Virus record (IMG/VR): IMGVR_UViG_3300037336_000053
Location: 32,001 to 96,000 of that record
Strand: one strand, 5' to 3'
DNA: 64,000 bases
DNA from: a virus
The translations under genes and the position numbers were made by a program. Under the pieces are notes generated by a model. It was not told the origin of the DNA, made no database searches, and saw only the letters and a list, made by a program, of their open reading frames with translations. Shown one piece after another: positions 9,126-17,489 of this stretch (positions within the stretch are counted from its first letter, which is position 1; each line of letters opens with the position of its first letter).

Positions 9126-9868
9126 TATTTGCTCTGCGCTGGAAGGATGTAGTTGTATTTTGCCATACCTGAATCAACACTAATCATCATAGCACCCTGA
9201 TCACTAATGCTCATAGTAGTAGTACCGCTTAGATTTAAAATACTTTGAACAGCGGCAACTGGCCAACTCCAAGTGTGCGACAGTTTACCTTTTATTGCAT
9301 TTTGAAATACAAACTCACCTGCGTGTGTGCTTGCATCGCCAAAGCTAAACACCAAGTCAGTTGCACTGCCTGTTGCAGTAGTCTTAACATTAAATGTAGG
9401 TTCCTCACTATGAGCAGCACTCTGTAACTTCATACGTCCAATTGCTGCTACGCTAGGCTGAAATTCAACTTGCCATGTTGCACCTTTAAATGTAACCGTC
9501 TTAAGTTTTTCGTCAATGATTGCTCGGTTCATAAAGCGATAATCATTTTCAAAGTCACCAGTTGAGTTTTCAAAGTGAATATGTGTAGGAATAGTTTCGC
9601 CATTGCGTACTGCTTTGACTACTTCAATCTTTGCATCTTTTTGATACTCGGGATTTTTTAAGTGTAGTGCAAGTTTGTCCAAATTGGGCATACCAAATAT
9701 ACCATCAAATTCTGTTACTGGTGTATGTGCCGTTGCAGTCATAATAACTGAACGATCATCTGCCATACTTTCAACGACTGTGCTAGTAGTATCAGCAGTT
9801 ACTTTAACTAATGATAAAGACCCTAGTGCGTGTGTATGTGCTACTACGTCTTGTAAAATATCTTTCAT
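9125..9868 (-). CDS. DNA sliding clamp (gp45/PCNA-like)
   Basis: 247 aa with a two-domain beta pattern ending YNYILPAQSK; near polB, and a clamp loader is present at 42277. Confidence 0.7.
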   Translation of the reverse strand: MKDILQDVVAHTHALGSLSLVKVTADTTSTVVESMADDRSVIMTATAHTPVTEFDGIFGMPNLDKLALHLKNPEYQKDAKIEVVKAVRNGETIPTHIHFENSTGDFENDYRFMNRAIIDEKLKTVTFKGATWQVEFQPSVAAIGRMKLQSAAHSEEPTFNVKTTATGSATDLVFSFGDASTHAGEFVFQNAIKGKLSHTWSWPVAAVQSILNLSGTTTMSISDQGAMMISVDSGMAKYNYILPAQSK

Positions 9869-10626
9869 GCGATTTCTCCTGTGTTAAGTTTTATTATAGT
9901 GCCTAATTCTTTGTTTGTCAAGAACTCTTTTATCATATATTTAGGTTTATATCCTAAGGCTTTCATTTTTTCTAAATTTGCACATGTAAATGTTCTTTCA
10001 TGTAGAGTATTTAGGCGGATAGGCAAGCCAGGAGCCAAGTCCTGAACTCTAATTGGATCACCTGAACCAATATCTATTATACCATTAACGTGCGTCTTTT
10101 TAATCAGTATTTCAATTGCATCGCAAATATCGTTAATGTGTACAAAATCTCTGTGGTGTTGAGTTACGTATTCTAATGTACCATTAAATAGTTTATCAAA
10201 GAACATGTTCTTTCTAGGTAAGTCGGAATACACAGTGTGGAATCGCATACCTAAAGTATCAGTATACCGTGTTGCTAATTTTTCCAGTATGTACTTAGAT
10301 GCCGCATAAGGGTTCAAATCGGGCTCGTACGCACTGCTTGAGCTTGCATACAATATGCGAGCGTTACTATAGCGTTCAAACAGTCTACGGCTTGCTTCTA
10401 CATTGTTTAACCAATAAGCACCCGGGTCATTTAGGCTTTCACGAACACCGCTTTTTCCTGCTAGATGTATTACAAGATCGACATGATTCGGAAAGTCACA
10501 AGTAAGCAAGTTGGTACCTGCTTGCAAGTCTATACAGTGTATAACTTCTACATCATTGTTATTTGTTAATCGTGCAAGTAATGCAGTACCTATAAAGCCC
10601 CTGTGACCCGTTAGCAAAATTTTCAT
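9865..10626 (-). CDS. NAD-dependent epimerase/dehydratase (extended SDR)
   Basis: ILLTGHRGFIG, VIHLAG, ASSSS and YAASK. Confidence 0.9.
   Translation of the reverse strand: MKILLTGHRGFIGTALLARLTNNNDVEVIHCIDLQAGTNLLTCDFPNHVDLVIHLAGKSGVRESLNDPGAYWLNNVEASRRLFERYSNARILYASSSSAYEPDLNPYAASKYILEKLATRYTDTLGMRFHTVYSDLPRKNMFFDKLFNGTLEYVTQHHRDFVHINDICDAIEILIKKTHVNGIIDIGSGDPIRVQDLAPGLPIRLNTLHERTFTCANLEKMKALGYKPKYMIKEFLTNKELGTIIKLNTGEIA
9893..9921 (-). promoter_or_regulatory. consensus sigma70 promoter for the clamp operon, embedded in the end of the epimerase gene
   Basis: TTGACA(9921-9916)-17-TATAAT(9898-9893). Confidence 0.8.
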
Positions 10627-11336
10627 TTCGCTGCTACCTTTGCTTCTTGAAAATATTGTAACAGTTCAAATGTTTCTTGCCAGCGTTTTACAGGCTTTGC
10701 TACGTCTACTTCTAACGACAGCGGATAATCATTACCAGCAGGATCCATTCTATCACCAAAGAAGTAAAGTTTATCTTCAACTTCAAAGTCCTCAACAATT
10801 TGTGCTTTGTCCGCACCTAGTGGAGCAATATCAATACCAGTTTCGCCTCCTACCGTTGCTTGTAGTGTAGGAAATAATCCATTAAACTCTTGAGCAATAA
10901 TATTACGTTCGTCGAATAGAACATCATATATAACGTAATCTGCTCGTTGTTCTTTGTCAGCGCTACGTCCAACTATGCTAAAGTTAACAAGCCCAGGGCG
11001 ATGTTCGAAGTGTAATCCTGTACGAGTACAATAGGTACTTTCGGTTAGCTTATTAGATAACCATTCGTGTGCATCTTCGGGAAGTGTCCAATCATTAGTA
11101 TGAATATTCACACCTTTCTCCCAAACATCATTGCCGTTACAGTTATAAATCCTCATCACAGCATCACAAACATCAGGACCAACCTGTTCTAATGTTTTAG
11201 CATAGTCGCTACCTGTAACTAGATAAACTTCGTTTGCATAACAAAAGTCTATAAAGTATCCTTGAAACTCACTATTCATACCACTGCGACTTGGCGTTAA
11301 TGTTCCGTCAACATCAAATATAAACTTATTACCCAC
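10623..11336 (-). CDS. HAD-family phosphomannomutase (PMM2/Sec53-like)
   Basis: FIFDVDGTLTPSR, VTGSD, FEHRPGLVNFSIVGR, GGETGIDI and FFGDRMDPAGNDYP. Confidence 0.85.
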   Translation of the reverse strand: MGNKFIFDVDGTLTPSRSGMNSEFQGYFIDFCYANEVYLVTGSDYAKTLEQVGPDVCDAVMRIYNCNGNDVWEKGVNIHTNDWTLPEDAHEWLSNKLTESTYCTRTGLHFEHRPGLVNFSIVGRSADKEQRADYVIYDVLFDERNIIAQEFNGLFPTLQATVGGETGIDIAPLGADKAQIVEDFEVEDKLYFFGDRMDPAGNDYPLSLEVDVAKPVKRWQETFELLQYFQEAKVAAK

Positions 11337-11739
11337 GATCAGCTACTCTCTTTCTTAAATCACTTGAACTAAAACGATGATCTCGTTTATTAAAGTATAA
11401 TTTAATATCTCTTTTACGGCAAATGTCTTTACCAGTAAAATCCTTATCTCTATACTCCTCTCCTAATATTCTAACATGAATATGATACATTGTCAAGATA
11501 TCTTCTAGGTCTTGTTCGGTGCCATAAGGAATAATTTCATTTACATATCCTACTGCTTTAAGTTGCGTATAGCGCTCGACAATAGTCTGTATAGGGGAAT
11601 TTTTATCTAGACGATCAACGCTAGGATCCACTTGTAATCCGCAGATCAAATAATCGCACTGTTCTTTTGCTTCACGTAACATTTGTACATGCCCGGCGTG
11701 AAGTAAATCAAAAGTTGATGCGGTGAAACCTACCTTCAT
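11329..11739 (-). CDS. cytidylyltransferase (glycerol-3-phosphate CT/TagD-like)
   Basis: STFDLLHAGHVQML (HxGH), ERYTQL and FSSSDLRKR. Confidence 0.9.
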   Translation of the reverse strand: MKVGFTASTFDLLHAGHVQMLREAKEQCDYLICGLQVDPSVDRLDKNSPIQTIVERYTQLKAVGYVNEIIPYGTEQDLEDILTMYHIHVRILGEEYRDKDFTGKDICRKRDIKLYFNKRDHRFSSSDLRKRVADRG

Positions 11740-11843
11740 TGCATCTGCTCCACTAGTCCTTTTAACATTTCGATTAGCTCTTCAATAGTATTTAGGTCCT
11801 GATCGCTCTCGGTATCAATTTCTATTTCTAATTTTATTTTCAT
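11736..11843 (-). CDS. 35-aa hypothetical protein
   Basis: Hand translation MKIKLEIEIDTESDQDLNTIEELIEMLKGLVEQMQ; fills the gap exactly, with an ATGA overlap to the next gene. Confidence 0.6.
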   Translation of the reverse strand: MKIKLEIEIDTESDQDLNTIEELIEMLKGLVEQMQ

Positions 11844-11844
11844 T

Positions 11845-12837
11845 TTAGTCTCCAAAGTCAAACAAACTATTGAACGTGTTATGACTCTTAGTATCCTCTA
11901 ATGGATAGTTAAGCACACCGATCAAATTATCTAACTTATTATCAATAATTGTTTCTGCCATTGCTGCATCATCAAACGGAAGTTCTTTAAACCATTCAGG
12001 CATACGCAGCTCGTCTGTCGGATAAGCAACACTAGTGTACCCTAATGGATTCTGCTTGAGCTTACAAACAATAACTTTCATACCATCAACAATCTCCTGC
12101 GAGTATTTGTCACCATTCATACGCTTGAGTGTATTCCAGTTAATACTTGCCCTAACGTGTCCAGGCATATTAGCCTTGCCGGCTTTTTCTTCTAAGCGAC
12201 GATAATGTCCAACTTTGTTTGCACGTTTCGGACTACCTTTCTCCCAACCTGGCCGTTCACTAAATGCTAAACGAAATTGAGTAATACGTTCTAGCACATC
12301 AGTTTGCGGCTTATCTGTAAGTACCATAAGCAACAGCTCGCTTAAAAACTCTTGCATAAACACAGGAGTATCACTTCTACGTAAGTCTAAGCCCATGGCT
12401 TTTACTTTACCAGCTTTACCGTCTACGTCACTGCGGAAACCTTCTGTATCAATTACTAGAGCTGCATAACGCTTCTTAGTAATAAACAATCCGCTTTCTG
12501 CAACAATTTCACGACCTGCTGCAATAACAACACTTCGACTCTTTGGGCAATGGAATGATTTTGCCATCATATCTGGGAAGGTTATATTAGCTGCTTCTGA
12601 TACTTGATCGTAAAGTGTAATAACATTCTCTTTAGTCCAAGGAATATTGCCTGCCTTAATTTCATTTTGTAAAGTAGGCCAAGCACTAAAGTAGACCGAA
12701 TCTGTGTTATGAACCAAATGTCCATTTGCAAAGAAAAACGGATCGTCTTCGGCAATGCTTATATCATATACGTACTGGTCGCCTGTGTTTGGTATCTTTT
12801 CTACGCTTGCTACTCGTTGTCTTATTACTTCAGCCAT
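11845..12837 (-). CDS. polB: DNA polymerase B C-terminal half preceded by the 44-aa C-intein of a split intein
   Basis: MAEVIRQR...VYDISI...FFFANGHLVHN|TDSVYF; then FITKKRYA, KVKAMGLDLRRSDTP and PGHVRASINWN. Confidence 0.92.
   Translation of the reverse strand: MAEVIRQRVASVEKIPNTGDQYVYDISIAEDDPFFFANGHLVHNTDSVYFSAWPTLQNEIKAGNIPWTKENVITLYDQVSEAANITFPDMMAKSFHCPKSRSVVIAAGREIVAESGLFITKKRYAALVIDTEGFRSDVDGKAGKVKAMGLDLRRSDTPVFMQEFLSELLLMVLTDKPQTDVLERITQFRLAFSERPGWEKGSPKRANKVGHYRRLEEKAGKANMPGHVRASINWNTLKRMNGDKYSQEIVDGMKVIVCKLKQNPLGYTSVAYPTDELRMPEWFKELPFDDAAMAETIIDNKLDNLIGVLNYPLEDTKSHNTFNSLFDFGD
12706..12837 (-). mobile_element. split intein C-fragment (IntC, 44 aa)
   Basis: Block F VYDISI, block G HLVHN, +1 residue Thr. 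Confidence 0.9.
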
Positions 12838-13769
12838 GTTATGCACCTTTGAATTATTGTTTTAGGATCAGCCAAATACTCTGACTCCCATATGATTAGT
12901 GTGTCTATGTTACGCTTATCTTTTAATGCTTGAATCTTCTTTGCATCTTTTTCCCATACGTGTCTTGCTAATAACTCAGATTGTGGATGATACCAGTTTT
13001 CAGCGTATTTGTTAGGATTGCAATGCCAGTAGTCGCCATTAAATTCTATTGCTTTGTCATTGTGTACAATGTCATAAAAGTTCGGCTTGTCATTTGCCCA
13101 AATGCAATATTGTTTCGTTTTGTAATAATAGCGCAATTCTTCTTCCAGTGCAGACATTATTTCATCAGCAAACTGCTTTTCTAAATTACTTGAATATTTT
13201 TCTGACTGTTTATAATTAGCAATTATATCTAGTGCTACTGCTTCATCACAGTTGTTTCTTTCCATTACTACATCTAGTGAGTGTGACTTTATTCTACACA
13301 CTTCATTGTACATGTCTGTACCAGTTGTAGTACCAAACTTTTCTATGAAATATTCCTTTGTGTTTGTGTATGCCTGTCTATCGCAATATGATTGCCATTT
13401 AATAGCACCTGTCACTTCACCGTGCCGTTCTATTAAGTTTTTTAATGTAACAGCTCTTGATTTATTATATTCATCAAAGTCGGCTTCGGTCCATCCATGT
13501 TTCTCTTGTTTGTATTGCAGCGTATTAGAATACGCTTGTTTTCTTTTATAATCATCCCATGCAGCTTGACCCTGCACTGTTCCGTATTTCTTTTGCATAT
13601 TAACCAGTGTGCAGGCTGTTGACTTAGCAAACTCATCGTCTACTAGTTTAGCATGGGGATATGCGATTTTGTATTCTTTACCGTTCTTAAACTTTCCAGT
13701 ACATTTATAAAAAAAATGTGTCCACTGTAATCTTTTTGCGACTGTGCCGCACTCTATACATTTTGGCAT
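12825..13769 (-). mobile_element. free-standing Vsr/DUF559-like (PD-(D/E)xK) homing endonuclease between the polB halves
   Basis: C-terminal SNLEKQF...YDIVHNDKAIEFNGDYWHCNP...WEKDAKK...LIIWESEY; N-terminal CxxC and repeated KYG/KHG helical units. Own AGGAG and an upstream TAAATA. Confidence 0.85.
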
Positions 13770-13834
13770 GACTATGGTGATACTCCTATCGTTGTATGCT
13801 TGCTATACTTATTTAACATCATAGTCAAAAAACC

Positions 13835-14194
13835 CTACTTAGCAAGAGTAATAACTAAATCATTTTCTTGTAAATCTGTTGCCTTTATTTCCAGTAAGAA
13901 CCCATCTCGGTCTATCATTAAACTGTGATCTTCTGTTACTGTAACCGACGTTCCGTCTTCCATTGTTACCTTGTATAATTGCTTAGAAGTTTTATGACGC
14001 ATAACATAGTTCATTTTAGAAATAGTAATTTTATCATTTAATGCATGGAATCCAAGTGTTGTAATGTCCGAGTCGTTAAACATTGCATATTCCTTTCCAC
14101 TAGGATGTAATACTTTATCCTCAACTGCATCAAACAAATCTTCAATTGCAATCATGCCATTTGATGTGTTAATCATCGAATCACCGGTAACGCT
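13835..14194 (-). mobile_element. split intein N-fragment (IntN, 119 aa)
   Basis: Starts SVTGDSMI directly after YGD; block B VTVTEDHSLMI; ends IKATDLQENDLVITLAK-stop. Confidence 0.9.
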
Positions 14195-16006
14195 ATCACC
14201 ATAGATAACAGCATCACCAACGTGATCGTAAACTCCAGTAATAACTTTATTAACTTCTGCACTCATATGCTTAACAATAGTACGACCAGTAAGTGTAGTT
14301 GACTGTCCAATACGCTTATCAAAGAAGCGGCAACCAGGGTTAAGAATAGCACCATACAAACTGTTAAGCAAAATCTTCTTAACTAGCTGACGTTTATCCC
14401 AATACTCAATCTCTGCCTTATTACCTGCATCCTTAGCTTTCTTCAGCTTTGCTTGTAACTCTTTACGTTCACCATACCAACGCTTTAGAATACCTGGAAT
14501 AACACCTTCAAACTCTTGTGTAAAGATTGTACCATTGCTACTAAGCATCCATGGATTATTACTGTCAAATACTAGTTTGTAAATCTCTGCTCCGCTCATT
14601 ACTTCAGACTGGCCGTTTTCAAACTCAATAGTAAGTGCAACATCTTTACGTTTGGCCATAACAGCATCGTATTCTTCTGTTGCAAAGCGACCTTCCCAAC
14701 TACCGGCGAAGCTCTGTTTCTTAAGACCCATGTCTTCTGCTACACGAGCTTCTGATATGTCTGGACGAATTTGTCCTACAAGAGTTTCTGGAGCCATATT
14801 TAACGCACGAATCACTGAAGGGTACAGTGAGTTCAAGTCCATTGACCCAATCCACTTGTGCAAGCCCTTCTTAGGGAACGCAACATATGCGCCAGCAGCT
14901 TGTGTATTTTCTTCGTCGTCTCTATTCTTACGATTAGGAACTTGCAAGCCCCTGTGATGCGCTTCGTTAATAATACCCTGTTCAGTAACAGCAACGGCAC
15001 CCATTGTAGTTTGAATAAGCACTGTATTCTCGTGTGCAATAGTATTGCTTAATTCAATAAAGCGCAGTTTCCTATCCAGCTTGTCCAGCAGCGCAGTATC
15101 TTGAATGTTATATTCAATAAACTTTTTAAAGTCATTGTTATAAAGTTGATCCAATGTACCTTCGTATGCTGTCTTGTTTTCACCTACTTCAATTTCACCA
15201 ATAGCATCTAGTCGATAGCTGTGGCGTTCTTCATAGGTATACTTACGATACAAGTTTAAACTGTCCAAGTGTACACGACCAATCAAGTCATATGTTTCGC
15301 TTTCTTTACCAAACTTTTCGTAAATGCGCTTCTTAGGCAACTGACCCCACAAGCAAAACCGTCTTGTGTCATCTTTACTTAATACACGAGCTACACGATT
15401 GACAGTGTAGGGAATATCATAGCCTTCGCTGTTCCAACCACTTATTACGTCGCTGTCTTCAATAATTGTTAAGAACGTGTCTAACATGTCCTTTTCTTTA
15501 GCAAACAGCATTACGTTAGGAATATCTTTAAGCAACTCAGTCGCAGCTTCCATTGTAAGTGTTTTAGGAGGCACTGCTAAACACACCATTGTTTCTAGCC
15601 ACTGCAAATAAACGGAGATAGACGTAATGCCCATAAACGGATCGCTAGGATCTGCAAAGCCGCGCTCTGGGTCAAAGTCTGTCTCAATGTCGAAAAATGC
15701 AATATTTAGTTTAGGTGCGTCTTGGTTAAGGTAGTTTTCACTTAGACACTGAAAGATTGGATTAATGTCGCTTTCAAACAGCGTTTTGTCTCGATTGATT
15801 GCAATTTCCTTGCGGAAGTCTTTTGTATTCTTAGATACAATACGACTCAACGGATCACCGTACACGCTCTTGTACTTGCCCTTTTGATCCTTATAGTAAA
15901 ATGTATATTTTACAGGTTGTTCACGGAATATTCTAGCTCCGTCTTTTCGTTCAACTATCTTGATCAGATCATGATCACGGTCGAAAAATGCGTCTACATA
16001 ACTCAA
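13835..16006 (-). CDS. polB: DNA polymerase B N-terminal half (3'-5' exonuclease plus motifs A/B) fused to IntN
   Basis: FFDIETD, GWNSEGYDIPY, YNIQD, SMDLNSLYPS, KILLNSLYG, VIYGD|S. Confidence 0.95.
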   Translation of the reverse strand: MSYVDAFFDRDHDLIKIVERKDGARIFREQPVKYTFYYKDQKGKYKSVYGDPLSRIVSKNTKDFRKEIAINRDKTLFESDINPIFQCLSENYLNQDAPKLNIAFFDIETDFDPERGFADPSDPFMGITSISVYLQWLETMVCLAVPPKTLTMEAATELLKDIPNVMLFAKEKDMLDTFLTIIEDSDVISGWNSEGYDIPYTVNRVARVLSKDDTRRFCLWGQLPKKRIYEKFGKESETYDLIGRVHLDSLNLYRKYTYEERHSYRLDAIGEIEVGENKTAYEGTLDQLYNNDFKKFIEYNIQDTALLDKLDRKLRFIELSNTIAHENTVLIQTTMGAVAVTEQGIINEAHHRGLQVPNRKNRDDEENTQAAGAYVAFPKKGLHKWIGSMDLNSLYPSVIRALNMAPETLVGQIRPDISEARVAEDMGLKKQSFAGSWEGRFATEEYDAVMAKRKDVALTIEFENGQSEVMSGAEIYKLVFDSNNPWMLSSNGTIFTQEFEGVIPGILKRWYGERKELQAKLKKAKDAGNKAEIEYWDKRQLVKKILLNSLYGAILNPGCRFFDKRIGQSTTLTGRTIVKHMSAEVNKVITGVYDHVGDAVIYGDSVTGDSMINTSNGMIAIEDLFDAVEDKVLHPSGKEYAMFNDSDITTLGFHALNDKITISKMNYVMRHKTSKQLYKVTMEDGTSVTVTEDHSLMIDRDGFLLEIKATDLQENDLVITLAK

Positions 16007-16068
16007 TTAAATGCCTCCTGTTGCTTGTGGCCAACTAACCTTAAACCTGTTCTTAAAGTGAACGACTC

Positions 16069-16290
16069 TTATAATATTAAGCCTATAACATATATAGCAG
16101 TTAAGCCTATATTAAACCATAGGAGTGAATTTTCTTTCCATAAGTATCCGACTACAATCCATAGTGCATTACCTACAATAAAGAAGTAATGATGTAGATA
16201 TAGTTCAGGTACAAAACTGGCAAGGCAAGCTGCAATCAATACGATTACAGTGCTTACCCAAGCCAGCCACTGGTAAGGCTTTACCACCAT
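16069..16290 (-). CDS. small membrane protein
   Basis: Three hydrophobic segments. Confidence 0.65.
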   Translation of the reverse strand: MVVKPYQWLAWVSTVIVLIAACLASFVPELYLHHYFFIVGNALWIVVGYLWKENSLLWFNIGLTAIYVIGLIL

Positions 16291-16562
16291 GTTGCTGCTA
16301 CTCCGTATCCAAATATGTTAACTATTGCAAAGTACCCTGTTAGTAGCATCACCCACGCTGCACCTCTACGTACTGCTGCATAGCATTGAGTAATACTACC
16401 AACAAAGAATCCTGGGTATACCATCATCATATTAGGATCTTTAGCATTAACCGCAAGAGTTAAACTTGCACCTACAGTAAAGATAAAACTTACAAGTTCA
16501 AAATAGAACGCAGTTTTGTCACTAGTATAACTGGATATCCAAAATTCTTTTATTTTCTGCAT
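16281..16562 (-). CDS. small membrane protein
   Basis: Three hydrophobic segments. Confidence 0.65.
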   Translation of the reverse strand: MQKIKEFWISSYTSDKTAFYFELVSFIFTVGASLTLAVNAKDPNMMMVYPGFFVGSITQCYAAVRRGAAWVMLLTGYFAIVNIFGYGVAATWW

Positions 16563-16822
16563 TACTTGTCAACACCGACTGTAGCAACAAGTGTTTCAAG
16601 GTCTTCAAAATAGTCTGCATGCTTTTCCCAGTCACGTTTCTGTGCAACTTTAATTGCTTTATTAATTAATGCTGGTTTGATGTTTAGTTCTTCTGCTACT
16701 GCTTTAACAGTATCTTTAAGACCTTCTTGTAAGTCTTCAATTTCTTGTAGCACTGTTACGCCTTCTTGAACAAGACGCTCAAGTTTTGCTTTTTCTTCTG
16801 CACCATAGGTACGATCACTCAT
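16562..16822 (-). CDS. T4 DsbA/DUF2312-like double-stranded DNA-binding protein
   Basis: KLERLVQE...IEDLQEGLKDTVKAVAEELNIKPALINKAIKVA pattern. Confidence 0.7.
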   Translation of the reverse strand: MSDRTYGAEEKAKLERLVQEGVTVLQEIEDLQEGLKDTVKAVAEELNIKPALINKAIKVAQKRDWEKHADYFEDLETLVATVGVDK

Positions 16823-16855
16823 AGATTACTCCTAAATAAATGTTATTACTTGTTA

Positions 16856-16884
16856 AGTATACAGGATTATTTAGGCGTTGTCAA
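16856..16884 (-). promoter_or_regulatory. sigma70 promoter with TAAATA in the spacer (near copy of the folE promoter)
   Basis: TTGACA(16884-16879)-17-TATACT(16861-16856). Confidence 0.8.
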
Positions 16885-16888
16885 GTGT

Positions 16889-17488
16889 TTATTTTATAAA
16901 AGCGCCGATTCTGCCATGGACATCTGGATATTCACGATATGTGTATCCGTCGGGCGGTGTTGTGTCTTCGCCCTTCCAGACTGGAATAAAATGTTCAGTG
17001 TGTTCGTCGAAGTCTTCGTTGCGTCTAAGATGCACTTCGATTAGTTTGCCGCCTATAAATTCACAGTTGATCCATTTGTGTGGGTGAGATATAGAGTGCA
17101 ACATCTTGGGGAAAGGAATCACGTCATCTGTTCGAATCCATTCGTCCCAATGAGTAAATGTATCATCACTCTTTCGACCTTCTACACATAATTCTTGTGT
17201 ACCGTAAAAGTAGTCTATGCTGAGATGTCTACCTTCAAACCACTCACACCAGAAGTAACCGTAGGGCAAATTGCAAGTGTCTTTCTCAAGCCACATTTTT
17301 TCTGCACCCAGGCCTAGTCCCAGCATATTAACACAAGGGCGAACAATATAAAAGCCCGGATGCGGAACATCAAGACCCACTGGTCCACAGTTATATCGCA
17401 TTTTTCTACTTACAATTAGTTTGTCCATTACCCAAATTAAATCTGGGTCAATAGTCTGCCAAACAAAATCTTCGGCACTGTCTTCCAT
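16889..17488 (-). CDS. ATP-grasp-like protein
   Basis: YIVRPCVNMLGLG, FWCEWFEGRHLSID and NCEFIGGKLIEVHLR resemble the ATP-grasp E-x-N-x-R region. Confidence 0.5.
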   Translation of the reverse strand: MEDSAEDFVWQTIDPDLIWVMDKLIVSRKMRYNCGPVGLDVPHPGFYIVRPCVNMLGLGLGAEKMWLEKDTCNLPYGYFWCEWFEGRHLSIDYFYGTQELCVEGRKSDDTFTHWDEWIRTDDVIPFPKMLHSISHPHKWINCEFIGGKLIEVHLRRNEDFDEHTEHFIPVWKGEDTTPPDGYTYREYPDVHGRIGAFIK

Positions 17489-17489
17489 A

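Noticed and set aside
12825-13837. A single contiguous intein broken by sequencing frameshifts, or a group I intron in polB
   Set aside because: The three ORFs are in different frames with clean stops, a 65-nt spacer carrying SD and TAAATA, and intact intein termini. No intron core was recognised. Read-level confirmation is still advisable.
13820-13850. Intrinsic terminator after the polB N-half (hairpin plus TTTTTT)
   Set aside because: The stem relies on several G-U pairs and is too weak to call.
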